Source of the DNA: Alloascoidea hylecoeti
Taxonomy: Eukaryota
Reading direction: 5' to 3'
Assembly: GCA_001600815.1 (NCBI GenBank)
Contig: BCKZ01000005.1
Span: 71,532 to 135,531 of the forward strand
Length of the DNA stretch: 64,000 nucleotides
Below the pieces are notes generated by a model that was given only the letters and a program-made list of their open reading frames with translations, ran no database searches and was not told the origin of the DNA. The position numbers and the translations under genes were made by a program. Shown here piece by piece: positions 1-12,483 of the stretch; position 1 is the stretch's first letter; the number at the start of each line of letters is the position of its first letter.

Positions 1-1296
1 AAGCCTTATATAAGAGAATTTATTATATTTTATTGATATTATTAAAACAAATGATATTCCAATTTTAGGAGATCTAGATTCAATTTTTAAAAGATGTTAT
101 TGTTTTTGATTCAGTTAATCTTTAGTTTAAGCTAAATGAAGATAAAATTAAGGTAAAAATAACGTTGAAGCTATTCCCAGGAAGATGTTTTGATTTCGAT
201 GATCTCTAGCATAAGCTTAAATAAATTAAGCTACTAATAACCTTGGAGATATTAAATTCGGAATGGAGTTACATACTCTTCATGTTCTAAAGCTTTGGAT
301 AAAGATAATTTATTTATTCTCTTTTTGATCCTCGAATCCTTTTCGGTAGGCAGTAGTTATTTTTTTTATATACTGTTCAAACTTTTAATATCGTGAATAT
401 TTAATTACTGGGTGATAAGAATAGAATAAGAATGAGAATAATAAGTCAACCTGGTTAACTTCGGGTAATACCGCCAGTGTCCGATCAACTTCCGACATGA
501 ACTATAAAATCACTATCATTAGACTATAGTCTAATAAATATCTATTTTTATCTAGCGATTAAGCTTAGCTATATTACAGTATGTATGTACTCAAAGGGAC
601 TTACATTCTTATCGCGCTTTATCCGAAATAGCACCTCCACGCAACAAGGAGTGAAAGAATTTTTTTTGCTATTGTAGGGAAAAATAATAGTTAAGGTTTT
701 ATGAAAGTTGAAGATATTTAGCCACAGGCGGCGATTACTGAGGGAGCCACCAAAAAAATTGATCAGAGGTACTAGACTGCTAGTCTAAAGACTAGACAAT
801 GAGGTTTCTGTAATGTGTAAAGTGTACTTATCTTGCGTTGTTAATGTATTTAAGGTTCCTTTTCCGGAGCATCTAGTGCAATATCACACCCACAATGTAA
901 TACACCAACCACAACTACTTTTAAACCCACACATTTAAATGTTGTAACCGTATTGTTCAAGGTTATTTAACTTAACTTCGGTGTAGCTAGTTAAAATCTA
1001 AGATTTACATTTAGGTTTACAGTATATCGCTAATTAAAACGTTAATTTTGAGCTCAGATAATTAAACCGTTATGTCACTTTTTCTTATTTTTACGCTAAA
1101 GGTTGTGATAGAAACATTTTGAAATTTCGGAGTGATTACAAGTATGAGTGAAGCAGTACAAAATTATATCGGTAATTCAAATCAAAGCATAACGTCAAAA
1201 ATCAAATTGTTTATGATGGTTAACATATAAATGGGGTAACATTTAATTTTAATCACAATGTATTACTTTTATTTGTGGTTAACGTTTTTCTATAAG

Positions 1297-1344
1297 TTTT
1301 ATAATTTTATAGTTTTATGGTTTTATAGTTTTATAGTTTTATAG
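1297..1344. repeat. 8-bp tandem repeat (TTTTATAG)n, about 6 imperfect copies
   Basis: ttttataa ttttatag ttttatgg ttttatag ttttatag ttttatag read directly. Confidence 0.8.
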
Positions 1345-2136
1345 ATCTAGATTTTACTGTTGGTAACATAATTAATTCCTCATCTTTTTTTTCGTATTAG
1401 TAATATTATTATAAAAAAAATTGTTACACAAAAAGAAAAATAATTAATTAATCTTTTTCTATATTATTGTAAATTTGTGAATTGCAAAATGGAAAATAAC
1501 AATTGCAATTGTAGGTTAAGTTGAAAAGATTTTATAGTTAAGTGATTTATTTTTTTTCAATTTTATTTTATTCATTTTTATATTTATATTTCATTTTTTT
1601 TTTTTTTTTTTTTTCTCATTTTTATCTCGAATTCTTTATTATTAATTAAACAAAAACAAAAAAAAGAAAAGAAAAGAAAGAAAGGAAAGAAAAGGAAAGA
1701 AAAATTAACAACTAACAATAATACCAATAATAAAAGATAAAAGATAAAAGATTAAAGATAAAGATAAAAATAAGAAATATAAAGGATAAGGAAAGTAATA
1801 AGGATTTGGTTGTGACGATTAGTAGATAGGTTATAACAATTTATAATTAGTAATAACAATAAAATAACGATAACGATAAAGCAATAGCAAAATTAAAAAT
1901 AAAAAGTACTAGTAAAAAATTCAAATTAAAAAGACATAAAAAAAAAAGTATTATGTTATAGGTATATTTATGATTAGTTGTATGGTATATATATCATTGT
2001 TTCTCTCTAATCCTCAGTTATTATAATTTTTTTTTTTTTTTTTTTTTTTTTTTTCATTAATAAATTTAAAGAGTAGAATTATAATAATAATCAAAAAAGT
2101 TGAAATTAACAAACAAAATGATTGATTTGATTAAAT

Positions 2137-2859
2137 TTATAATATAATACACTTCTTCTTTTTCCTATGTTCTAACTGTTTTTTTCTTTGAACTTCTTGT
2201 TTTGGAGGAGATAGAACAGCATGAATTGCTTCATCAAATACACCTTTCACGCCAACTTGAGTGTAAGCAGAGCATTCTAAATATTTCACAGCACCAATTT
2301 CTCTTGCCAATTGTTGACCCTGTTGAAAAGAAATTGGATGCTGACCTTTTTCTCTTAAAATATCGATCATTTCTTGATCTTCACGTAGATCTAATTTTGT
2401 ACCAATTAGTAATATAGCAGTTTGGGGAGCATGTTGTTTGATTTCAGGAACCCATTTTGCTTTCACGTTATCGAAAGATGAGGGAGAAACGATCGAGAAG
2501 CATATGAGGAAGACCTCAGTTTGTGGATAGGATAAAGGTCTCAGACGATCGTAATCTTCCTGGCCAGCAGTATCCCAAAGGCCAAGATTGATGGGCTGGT
2601 TGTCCACCATGACATTAGCGGAGTAATTGTCGAAGCTGCGAGAGTTAGAAAGTTAGAAGGAGGAGCCGGCAGAGCAGTATTGGAGGACATACACAGTAGG
2701 GATGTATTCGCCAGGGAAAGTGTTTGTGGTGTAACAAATAAGAAGGCAGGTTTTACCGACGGCACTGGGTTGGGAGAGTTAGCACGGCACACACAGGGGG
2801 AGCAGAGCAGATACGTACCCGTCACCGACGACGACACACTTAATGCCACGCATGCTCAT
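2137..2859 (-). CDS. RAC1: Rho-family small GTPase Rac1; 3 exons (2859-2819, 2764-2693, 2635-2137)
   Basis: Splicing GTACGT..GCTAAC..CAG (2818-2765) and GTATGT..TCTAAC..CAG (2692-2636) gives [49 protein letters not shown]...[21 protein letters not shown]...TKLD...ECSA, a polybasic tail and CAAX CIIL. A second possible ATG lies at 2853. Confidence 0.93.
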
Positions 2860-3240
2860 TTTGTCTGTGTGGGAGAAGGGAAAAGCAGTGAGCCAGCAGA
2901 CGAGCAAACTGAGCGAAATCCGAGGAGCGCGTTACCCGGCCGCCGCCGCCAGAGCCGGAATGTACGCCTCAGCGGCACGTGGTCGGCACGTGGCGAGAGC
3001 GCACGTGCTGATCCCGTCCAGATCACGCATCTGCTTCTGCTTCTGCTTCTGCTTCTGCATGCTCGTATGTGAGGCAGCCCTCAGGAATGTCGCCTCCGAA
3101 CCTTAACTCTCCGCTGCGTTTCTCGCGTCTGTTGTGCTGCCCGCACCGGCTGCTCCCTATAAAGCTGCCCTGTTCCCTCCTCTTTTCTCTCCCCAAAACA
3201 CTCTCTCTTTACTACTCTTAACCAATACACTCTTTTAACA
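2860..3240. promoter_or_regulatory. GC-rich bidirectional promoter between RAC1 and the wall-protein gene
   Basis: CACGTG at 2976, 2987 and 3002; GGAATG near 2957 and 3084; (TTCTGC)n at ~3030-3058; TATAAAG near 3158 followed by a CT-rich leader. Confidence 0.6.
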
Positions 3241-3552
3241 ATGCAATTCTCCATCTCTGCCATCCTCGCCGTCGCCGGTATTGCCTCTGCTGCCGTCACT
3301 GTCGTTGACACCGAAGTCGCTACTTCCACCGACATTGTCACAATCACCTCCTGCGCTCCAGAAGTCACCGACTGCCCAGCCCGCCACAACAGCACCATCC
3401 CATCCGCTCCATCGTACAACAGCACCTCTTCCTCAAACCACACCTCCCCATCCATCCCAGGCTTCACTGGTGCTGCCGCCATGGGCTCTTCTTCTGGTCT
3501 TGCCGTTGCTGGTGTCGTCGCCGCTGTTGGTGTTGCCCTCCTCGGTTTCTAG
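3241..3552 (+). CDS. Small GPI-anchored cell wall mannoprotein, Ccw12/Sed1-like
   Basis: Signal peptide MQFSISAILAVAGIASA, TITSCAPEVTDCP cysteine motif, N-glycosylation sequons (NST, NHT), hydrophobic GPI signal FTGAAA...ALLGF, strong C-ending codon bias. Confidence 0.85.
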   Translation: MQFSISAILAVAGIASAAVTVVDTEVATSTDIVTITSCAPEVTDCPARHNSTIPSAPSYNSTSSSNHTSPSIPGFTGAAAMGSSSGLAVAGVVAAVGVALLGF

Positions 3553-5951
3553 ATCATTTAATATCATTTAGTCTCGTGGATTCTAACAACTTGGATTCCT
3601 ATTTTTTAATTTTACAACTTCATATATCCGTTACATTTACATTTCTATTTTCATCTTTTTTGAATTTTAACTCATCATCAATCATATACAATTTAATCCA
3701 TATAAATATTGTTGATTATGACAGGAGGTTCCTTTTCAAAGATTATAAACGTTACATTATAAAAAACACTTCAATTTATATTGTTACATAAATCAACTTT
3801 TTAATTGTTATATTTTAATATATAATAAAAAAACCCAAAACGTTTTTTTCTTCTTTTCTTTTGTTCATCTTATCTATATTTTATTGTCTTGCAATTCCAA
3901 CTGTATACTTTACTTTTTCATTGTTATTGTCATTAAATTATTTAATTATAGATTAGAATTATTACTTTCATTTTTGTTACTTTTTAATGCTATATTATAT
4001 ATCCTTAATTCATATATTGATGATTATAATTATATTCTCTATCTTTTTCGGTGTTCTTTTAAACTTGTATTCAAAATATAATGAGAGAGAATGTTTAATA
4101 AACGTTAACCTTAAAGTGGCCAGTTTCTGTTCTGTTACCGCCTATCTATATATAGGATCTAAGATTAGAATATTTATTAATCATAGTAATACTATTATCT
4201 ATATGAGCTATATGAACATAACATATATATGAGTAATAAACACGATGAGAACGGATTTGTTATAAACTCGTATATGCGTAATATTTCGTATGCAATGCAT
4301 TGATCTCTTGTATGCATACCTCTATTACGGTATTACCTCATCAAGTAATAGCCACACTAAATAGAGATACAATCATCTCACATTAATATTCGGCACTAGA
4401 AGAAAAAGATATTCAGTCCTTAATGAGTACAGATGAGCCTAATGTGGTATAGCGCGATGAAGATAGATATTCATTTTAAATACTTTTAGCTTAATCGCTA
4501 GCTAACTAATTACTAATTACCAATTATAGTTCATATATTAGATGATGTTTACATTCTTATTTTTATTTTTGAACGTCTTTTATAAATTAAACATCTCTAT
4601 ATTGTAATCTTGAGGGGTAAACATAAATATAAATTACAAATGTGTGTGTATGGAAAAAATTAATAAGTGAAAGGAACTCAAAATAAATTAATCTCATTCA
4701 AAGCTTTTAGGCTTTAGGCACAAGAAGAGAAAAAAAAAAAAAATAATAATAACAATAATAATAAATATATGTTATACATCGAGAACTCTATTTAATAATA
4801 GTTAACATTCGAAATTCAATACTGGCTTTTAATTGAATTTAGATTAAGCTAAAAGATCATCGAAAACAAAAATACAACATTTTCCTGAAATGGGAATATC
4901 TTCAAACGTTCCTAGTAACTTAATTGAATTTAGCTTACAATAAAGATTAATTACATCAAAAAACATAACATCTCCTAAACAATGAAATAGCCTAAAATTG
5001 ATGTATCATTTGTTTCAATATAATTATTGATTTATACATGTATTGGCTCCACCATTTCTGGTAGTTAATTCTTTTATATATATATATTAAAGGTTTTTCA
5101 ACGTCACTTTTTTTAAATGGTAATATCATCGGATATCTGTTGTATTATATAAGGTTATAAGTACGTATATTGTCACCAGAGTCACCATCATACGACCAAC
5201 ACATGTGGGAATGGTGATGTGACATATCCTATCGGAGCATCGGCAGTGGAACCAATATGATGTGTTGTATGAATATAATTAATATACCGTTGAAGTCAAA
5301 AGAAAATCTTTAAAGGGGTTTCATAATTTCTGATACCAACACATCCGTACACCCACATTTTAAAAAGTACTTTGATCAGTAATAGATCTCCTAACATTTG
5401 ATTAACAACAGATTGGTAGTAATTTGGTAATCTGATATTTTAATTGATCGTATAAACTAAAAATCCAAAAATAACTCACCAATAAGAAGCTGTAAAATTT
5501 TAAATTTTAGAGTAGTCTTGTTTGTAGAAAAGATAGCGGAACACAACTTCAACACGTTTTGGATATTCATAGAGTTAAAAATCAAGAATAATCACCTGAA
5601 TTGTAGAATAAAGCCTTAAATGACCCCAATTAAGATATAAATTATTCCACTCATGAATATAAACCCCATAATAATGACGATCTAAAGTCTAGTTTTAAAA
5701 TGCAGGTACTTTTTATGCCCAAAATATGGTTAATAGTAGTGGTTATGCCATTATCCTTAAAATTATATTATGAAAAACTTTATAAATATCCAATATCCAA
5801 TATCGTTAATTATAAAATAAAGAGATCTCAACTTAAAAGTCGATCATTAATCCCCTATAAACAGTCATAATTGTGATTACTTCTCATTTCTTAAAAGAAT
5901 ATTAACATTTACCTCCGCATTATCCTCATTATACTTTTATAAATAAAGATA

Positions 5952-7496
5952 ATGTCAGAAAAACCTATTAATAGTGATAACGATAGAGATAGTCTTGACG
6001 ACAAAGACCCTTTAGCTACCACCCCTTCGTTAACAAACCCTGGACTTAATAACGACAATAATGCCAATGATATAGAAAGTGCAAATAGTGATGTATTGCA
6101 ATATCGCAATTCGTCGAATGGAAATCTTGGGTCTCTTAAACGAACTGAAACTACAGCATCAAAAGCTATGAGTGCTATAAGAAGGGCAAGTTCAGTTGTT
6201 GTCGATGGTGTAGTACACATATTTGATGCCTCACTAATGGAAGATCATCGAAAGGTTTTTGTTAAATTCTTCCCTGTTGTTATATTGATGTCTTCTTTGG
6301 TTTTAGGGTCACTGTCAGTATTTTGGGGAAGTAATTATAAAAGAAATGAAAGATATCATAAAATAAATATATGGGTTATTGATTGGGATCAAGGATATAA
6401 TGGTTCTGATCCAATTGTTGGTCCTAGTTTAACTGCGACCACAAACTTTTTCACCGGAGATAGCATTGTTAACTTTGATATTAAAAATATTAATTATACT
6501 GAAGATGGTTTACAAAGGATTCGTCATGATATAATTGAAGAAAAAGCATGGGGTGCAATTGTTATAAATCGTAATGCTACTGAGTCTATTCTAGCTGCTA
6601 GGGAAACATTTAATTCCTCTTTTACTTCAGATTATTTGATACAATATATTTATGCCCAAGCACGATTAGAAACGACCCATGCTATTATCTTATCTCAAAT
6701 TAATGCTTTAAGTACAGTATTTGTCAAATCATTCACTAACGCTTTTATTTCAAATATAGCACAGAATTCCACAGATTCAGAACAGGCAAGATTTCTAAGA
6801 GAAGTGCCACAACTAATATCAAACCCCGTTAGTGTAACTGTTGTCAATGTTCTTCCTTTTATAGGCGATGTGTCACAGGTTATTGTTTTAACTGGTCTTG
6901 TTTTCATAATTGTTATTTCATTCTTTCAATTCTTATTTTTTCATCAGATTCATTTGATAATGCTAGGAAAAGTCCCATTTTTTGAATATGTTCTTTATAG
7001 AATCTTTATTAATATTGTTTCATATTTCTTCTTATCACTTGCATTTTCAATAGTTTCTTTGGCTTTTCAGGTTGACTTCAATCATAAATACGGAAGAGGT
7101 GGATTCGTGGTATTCTGGATGATGAATTGGTTAACTATGTGTGCTCTTGGTGGTGCTACTGAAAATTGGTCACTATTAATATTTCCACTATTCCCACCAT
7201 TAATAGGTTTTGGTATCATTACTTGGGTAATGTTGAACTCATCTGTTGTCTTCGCACCATTTGAGTTAATGCCTGGTGTTTATAAATATGGTTATATGAT
7301 GCCTTTATATCAAGCTTCTCATACAAATAGAACCATTTTGTTTGGCGCAAAAAGTATCATTGGTAGAAGTGTAGGAATTCTATTTGCTTGGATTGTGGTA
7401 AATACTATTCTACTAGTATTTAATTTAAAATATGCTATGTATCAGAAAAGTAAAACTGCTAAAATGAACGAGGAAGAAGCCATGAAAACCATATAA
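5952..7496 (+). CDS. SNG1: SNG1-family (DUF3533) multi-pass membrane protein
   Basis: 514 aa; one N-terminal TM, a lumenal domain with WGAIVIN..AT, a C-terminal TM bundle with FQVDF..KYGRGGFVVFWM and YKYGYMMP. Confidence 0.75.
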   Translation: MSEKPINSDNDRDSLDDKDPLATTPSLTNPGLNNDNNANDIESANSDVLQYRNSSNGNLGSLKRTETTASKAMSAIRRASSVVVDGVVHIFDASLMEDHRKVFVKFFPVVILMSSLVLGSLSVFWGSNYKRNERYHKINIWVIDWDQGYNGSDPIVGPSLTATTNFFTGDSIVNFDIKNINYTEDGLQRIRHDIIEEKAWGAIVINRNATESILAARETFNSSFTSDYLIQYIYAQARLETTHAIILSQINALSTVFVKSFTNAFISNIAQNSTDSEQARFLREVPQLISNPVSVTVVNVLPFIGDVSQVIVLTGLVFIIVISFFQFLFFHQIHLIMLGKVPFFEYVLYRIFINIVSYFFLSLAFSIVSLAFQVDFNHKYGRGGFVVFWMMNWLTMCALGGATENWSLLIFPLFPPLIGFGIITWVMLNSSVVFAPFELMPGVYKYGYMMPLYQASHTNRTILFGAKSIIGRSVGILFAWIVVNTILLVFNLKYAMYQKSKTAKMNEEEAMKTI

Positions 7497-8029
7497 CTAA
7501 TGTTTATCTATATCTTATACATATAATTTATATACGAGAAAATTAATAGTGATATCTAATTATTCTTATAATCGAAATAAGTATTTAACTGACGGTTTCA
7601 AATATCTGAACTTTCGAAGTCAAGGAATGATGTTATATACATTATCTCTTACAGTATAACTATCGATCCTTTGAGATTTCAGGCAAAGTTCTTCTTGATT
7701 ATATAAATACTTTTTTTTTGTTCTTCTAGTTTTAGTTTTATAATTACTATACTTAGTAGTTATCTATGATATCGTTTTAAGATCACCAATCAGTCATTAA
7801 TTGTTCTATAATATAGTATATTAGCACATATATATTTTTCACTCATATAATATAGCTTTTACTTTACATTTAAAAAAAATAATAGTGTTAACGTTCATAA
7901 AATTGACAGAATTAATAAAGAAAGGAGCGAAAACCAAACGATAAGAAGATGATCCCAGAAGTGGAATTTCCTTTATACCCATGAGAAGATAAGCAGTCCT
8001 TTTTTGGCCTTAATTATTCATAGAGTCTC

Positions 8030-8917
8030 TTGCCTCAGCGACAGTTGATAACCCTCCTCCAAATCATATACATCATGATATCAATTGCAATCACCAATCT
8101 AGCATGTCTATATGTTATGAATTCCACTCTTTTGGGTGATCCCCCATATCCGGAGGTTTCCACTCATATATTCCGGATTTACGGTTTCTATGGTCCATTT
8201 TTTGGAAAATTTAGGTAAGTGTGTGAAAGTCATTGCCTCCTTTAGGATACTCAAGCACAAAATGTCCATTACCGCATACAGCAATAGACAAAATGTTCAT
8301 TATCTCATACAATAGTGGACATTTTCTTCCATAAAGTTTATCCGATCACCTCAGAATCCAGATGATAAGGTCAAAGTAAATGAAGGAATTAAGAATAATA
8401 ATACAAAGTATTGGTCTAAAATCTGGTAATTCACAAATTATACAAGACCCATCCCATGAACTAGAAACTAAATATTTATCATTAATATCTAAACATGAAA
8501 TCTGATCTAAACGAAATTTAGTATCAATGTCTTTTATTAATTTCGATCTTTTCAATAGTGAAGATTTTTTTATAATTTTTTTTTCCTTCTTTACTTAATA
8601 ATTTTGAATATCTCAAAGTTTCATTATCCCAAATATGTATTGTACCTTTTTTTGAACGAGTTATAATCCATTTTTTTAAAAAATGAATTAGTACATAATA
8701 TATATCTTTTACATTTATTAATTTTAAAAGATAATTCATACCATGAATCAATTTCTGAATAATCATTATAATATTTCCAAGATTTTTTTAGAAACTCTAT
8801 TACAATTGAGTAAAGTTATTGGTGATAAATTCAAGAAGATTATTTCTAATAATTCATTGGGAAAATAAATAACCAAATCGATTTTAGTTTCATGATTGTA
8901 TGTAAGGACCCTTCCAT
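8030..8917 (-). pseudogene. Frameshifted F-box/WD40 protein remnant
   Basis: Minus-strand frame near 8880-8780 reads IDLVIYFPNELLEIIFLNLSPITLLNCNRVSKK (F-box). Other frames read WIITRSKKGTIHIWD and ISCLDINDKYLVSSSWDGSCII (WD40). The pieces are separated by frameshifts and stops; the 3' limit is uncertain. Confidence 0.7.
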
Positions 8918-9677
8918 TGTAAGTTAGATGTTTACATACTATAGAAGATTATTAAAATATTTACATGTACTTTCGCAGCTCATCAACTCTTCACAACCAT
9001 GCGGGCATTGACTCTAAAATGTTAATGGGAAATTAAGCATTGTAACAAAATTTGTTACTTGTAAACAAGCCTCTGAAAAAGACATTTGAGGAAACTGTTA
9101 TAAGAGGGTGACTATCTATCTCATGAAGAGTTTTGTGGGGTACACGAAATCATTTACTACGAACCTTTTCATTGACTAATACAAGGCCCTTACCATGTTC
9201 TTAGTGCGATACAGCCTATAAATAGTAGCGATAATGATGATAAAAAAAAACAGAGCAGAGTGACCTCAAAAGATCAACTCGTTATTAAAATTCATCGATT
9301 TTTAGAATTAGGGGGAAATGAAGAAGATAATACTGAAACTCTTGGAAACAGACCTGACATTACCATTCAAGAAGGCAAGAATATGGAAATAGTAAATATT
9401 CTACAAAGTTCAAAAATGGGTTTCAATCAACAAGAAAATGAAACACAAAGAGATTCGGAATAGTGAAGGCTGAAGAAATAATATCATCTGATTTGGAAGA
9501 ATCAGAAAATACTGAATATGTTCAATTGTCACTTCAGATAAATATTCTAACAAGGAACCAGAAGGAAAGAAAAGAAAAGAAAAGTGGATGACACTGAAAA
9601 TCATAAAAATTTACAGGCTCCTTCAATAATGAAATTGATTTAAAGACCATATATGGTACTGAACTCAAAGCTTAAAT

Positions 9678-9728
9678 ACAAGTAGCTTCAAAACAAGTAG
9701 CTTCAAAACAAGTAGCTTCAAAACAAGT
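9678..9728 (+). repeat. 15-bp tandem repeat ACAAGTAGCTTCAAA x3.4
   Basis: Three perfect copies plus a partial one; translates as QVASK repeats. Confidence 0.9.
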
Positions 9729-10345
9729 CCATGGATTACCAAGAACTAATTCTAAACAATCTTATTAAGCTTATGAGAATATACCTAATAAATGGATATA
9801 ATATAAGGCTTACATGTGTGTACTAAATGGCCAGCCAAATAGCTGACAATTATACCATATATTTCACTTTTTAAATGTGGTCATCGCAATAATAACGATA
9901 GATTAGATAGCTGTAAATATTTATTATAAGATCTTAATATTCTATTTAAACATTTTATATATAAATTAAAAGTAGTTACATACAAATAGTAAATCCAATA
10001 TGCACAAAAATCAAGCTGAATTTAGTTTAAATCAAAAATAGTATTAAATGAAACATTTATAGATTGATAACGACCACATTAAAATGCGTAATGGCTAAAA
10101 AGTTTCAGAAGTATAGACAAGATGATAATCCTTCTTTATCCATAATTTTAAAGTTAGTAAAGATTTATTTTTAAATTTTTCTTCTTTCCCTTTCTTTTTT
10201 CAATAAAATGTGTATGAATTATTAATTGTCATTCATTAGAGTTTATATATTATTTGGGGGTTCAACAAAGACGATAATGATAATGAAAAAAAATAGAATA
10301 AAATAAACCTTGAGCAAGAATAATATTTTTTCTTTATCAAGCAAT

Positions 10346-12109
10346 TTATAAGATTGCATAAACAGTTCCAATAGTACCAAGTATTACACTGATAACAATT
10401 AAAACATAACAAAAAATAGTTTCAATTTTTGAAATTTGACCATGATAAATTTTAAGATAAAATGAAAGTGGTAAAATCATACAAATTAGGAAACAAATAG
10501 ATGATCCTAATAAAGCAATAATTTTTTCAAAATCTGGGAAAAGAATTGCTAAAAATATAAATAGAAAATTAACAAATAATTTTATAAAAATATCTAAAAA
10601 AGTTTTAAAATAATTTTTTGTTAATTTAAATTGTTTCTTTTTATTTTGTGAAGTTAAAAGACTTGTTTCATTAATTGAATCTTCCTCAATAACATTATTA
10701 TTTTTATCATCAATTGCTTTTTTATTTAAACCAAATAAAATTTCCAAAGTTGAAATAATTGGTCTTGCATTTAAAGGAGTTTTTGCAACTGGTATAATTG
10801 CAATTAAAGCAGAAATTAAACCATAAATAAAATTTGGATAACCTTTTGTTATTAAAATTGATTTTGTGACTTCATCTTTAACGGTATTTCCAAACATCAA
10901 AAAACCCAATACTGCCATTGATGCATCAGTGAAAAATGTAACTGAATAAGTTACTTTTAATGATTCATAATATTTATTTGGATGTCTCATATCTCTATAG
11001 ATATTTGGAAATATAGCATGACCTCCCCATGGAGCCATTAATAAGCCTATAGCAATTGGGATATTTCCCCAAGATTGTGGGAAGAACCAAGTTTCTTTGA
11101 TATCAATTAAGGAACCTGGTTGGTCTACTTTGGTTAAACCACAAAATCCTACCAATAAAATTAATGTTAAAACACTACTAATTCCAAAAAGACTGAAAAA
11201 AGACAAAATGTTTAAGGATAAAAATGATGGAGGAGTTAAAATGAAGAAAGCAATGATTTTAAAAGTAGTGGTAGATATTGAAGGAAACAAAGCATTTAAT
11301 GAATCTGCAAATAGAATAATTAGTGAGACACCGGCACCTAATAAATCAATTGAGAATAAAATTGATATGATAATCCTTGCCTTAGGGCCAAAAGCAGCAT
11401 ATCCAATATCAGCATATGTAACTAAAGTGTTATCAGTATCAAGGCATTTTGCCAACAAGCCCGCTGTATAATAAGTACCACAGGCGCATAATGCCAATAG
11501 AGGAAGACCAAACCATCCAGCGTACTTTAAACCCAAAGGCAGAGCCAATAAGCCAATGCCCACCAAGACATTAACCGAATTGAAAATGGTTTGGGGAACT
11601 GTCGACTGACCCGCCAATACTGTCACGACAGTACCATCAGGTTGTTCAACTATCTTCACAGGAATTGCAATCTCTTCATTTGATTCATTTGTGATGTAAC
11701 GAGTAATACTATTCTGAGTTACCGAATTTCGGAAATCATAAAGAGAATTTTCATCTATAACATTGGAATCTAAAAAAGATTCATCATCGGGGAGTCTTTG
11801 ACTTCGGATACTTGGACGATGTTGAAGTACCGTGGATAAATGTCTACCGTAAGAGGAAGGTACTAAATTATTAGGATCAATAATTTCATCTTCATCGTCG
11901 AAAAATGAGCGACTTTTTGTAATGATATTTGACAGGGGAGCATCTATATTTCTAAAAGATTGAGCTCTTTGATAAGAAGATGCGAAATGGTCAATTGAAT
12001 TAGGACCACGAAAAGATCCAAATACATTTGATAACCGACGAGAAGTGGATTCCCTTAATTCATCATTTCCACGTCCTGGAATAGGGCGATTATCCGATGG
12101 AGAGGACAT
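10346..12109 (-). CDS. AVT1: Vacuolar amino acid transporter (AAAP/Aa_trans family), Avt1-like
   Basis: NSIDHFASSYQRAQ N-terminal motif, GQSTVPQTIFNSVNVLVGIGLLALP, GGHAIFPNIYRDMRHP, about 11 TM segments. Confidence 0.88.
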   Translation of the reverse strand: MSSPSDNRPIPGRGNDELRESTSRRLSNVFGSFRGPNSIDHFASSYQRAQSFRNIDAPLSNIITKSRSFFDDEDEIIDPNNLVPSSYGRHLSTVLQHRPSIRSQRLPDDESFLDSNVIDENSLYDFRNSVTQNSITRYITNESNEEIAIPVKIVEQPDGTVVTVLAGQSTVPQTIFNSVNVLVGIGLLALPLGLKYAGWFGLPLLALCACGTYYTAGLLAKCLDTDNTLVTYADIGYAAFGPKARIIISILFSIDLLGAGVSLIILFADSLNALFPSISTTTFKIIAFFILTPPSFLSLNILSFFSLFGISSVLTLILLVGFCGLTKVDQPGSLIDIKETWFFPQSWGNIPIAIGLLMAPWGGHAIFPNIYRDMRHPNKYYESLKVTYSVTFFTDASMAVLGFLMFGNTVKDEVTKSILITKGYPNFIYGLISALIAIIPVAKTPLNARPIISTLEILFGLNKKAIDDKNNNVIEEDSINETSLLTSQNKKKQFKLTKNYFKTFLDIFIKLFVNFLFIFLAILFPDFEKIIALLGSSICFLICMILPLSFYLKIYHGQISKIETIFCYVLIVISVILGTIGTVYAIL

Positions 12110-12483
12110 TCTAATCTGAATGGAGAAGAAGAAGAAAAAGATACAAAGAAAAAAACAAAATTATGTACTCGCATGCTTATTTTTTCCTGGGATTTCGCAT
12201 TATGAAAACTTATTTAAACATACAAAACTAATGCTGAAATACATGAATATTTACGTAAAAAGTCCCTTGAAAATTCATATAAAATCATATATAGTTACTT
12301 AAAACCATAAAAAAGGTTATGAAATAGAAAACCCCACGGAAATACCGAGTAAAACATGGATATTCTTGTAAACATCCATTGTCGCCTATTTTATTTTTGA
12401 AGCCATACATACAGTAAACACTAGGGACCAACTAAAAACACCTAACATCCAAACCAAACAACTTAAATTACTACCGACGAAAA

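Noticed and set aside
479..490. GTCCGATCAACT matches a piece of yeast 5S rRNA
   Set aside because: Only ~12 nt; flanks do not match 5S
1560..2060. Poly-T/poly-A and (AAAAG)/(AAGATA) runs downstream of RAC1
   Set aside because: Ordinary low-complexity 3' UTR/intergenic sequence
2541..3571. Overlapping ORFs 2541-2849, 2680-3072, 2843-3106, 3081-3482, 3281-3571
   Set aside because: By-products of high GC; the region is explained by RAC1 exons, the promoter and the wall-protein gene
9678..9728. Direct repeats considered as CRISPR-like or telomeric arrays (also 29207-29285)
   Set aside because: No spacers, eukaryotic context, only three copies at an internal position
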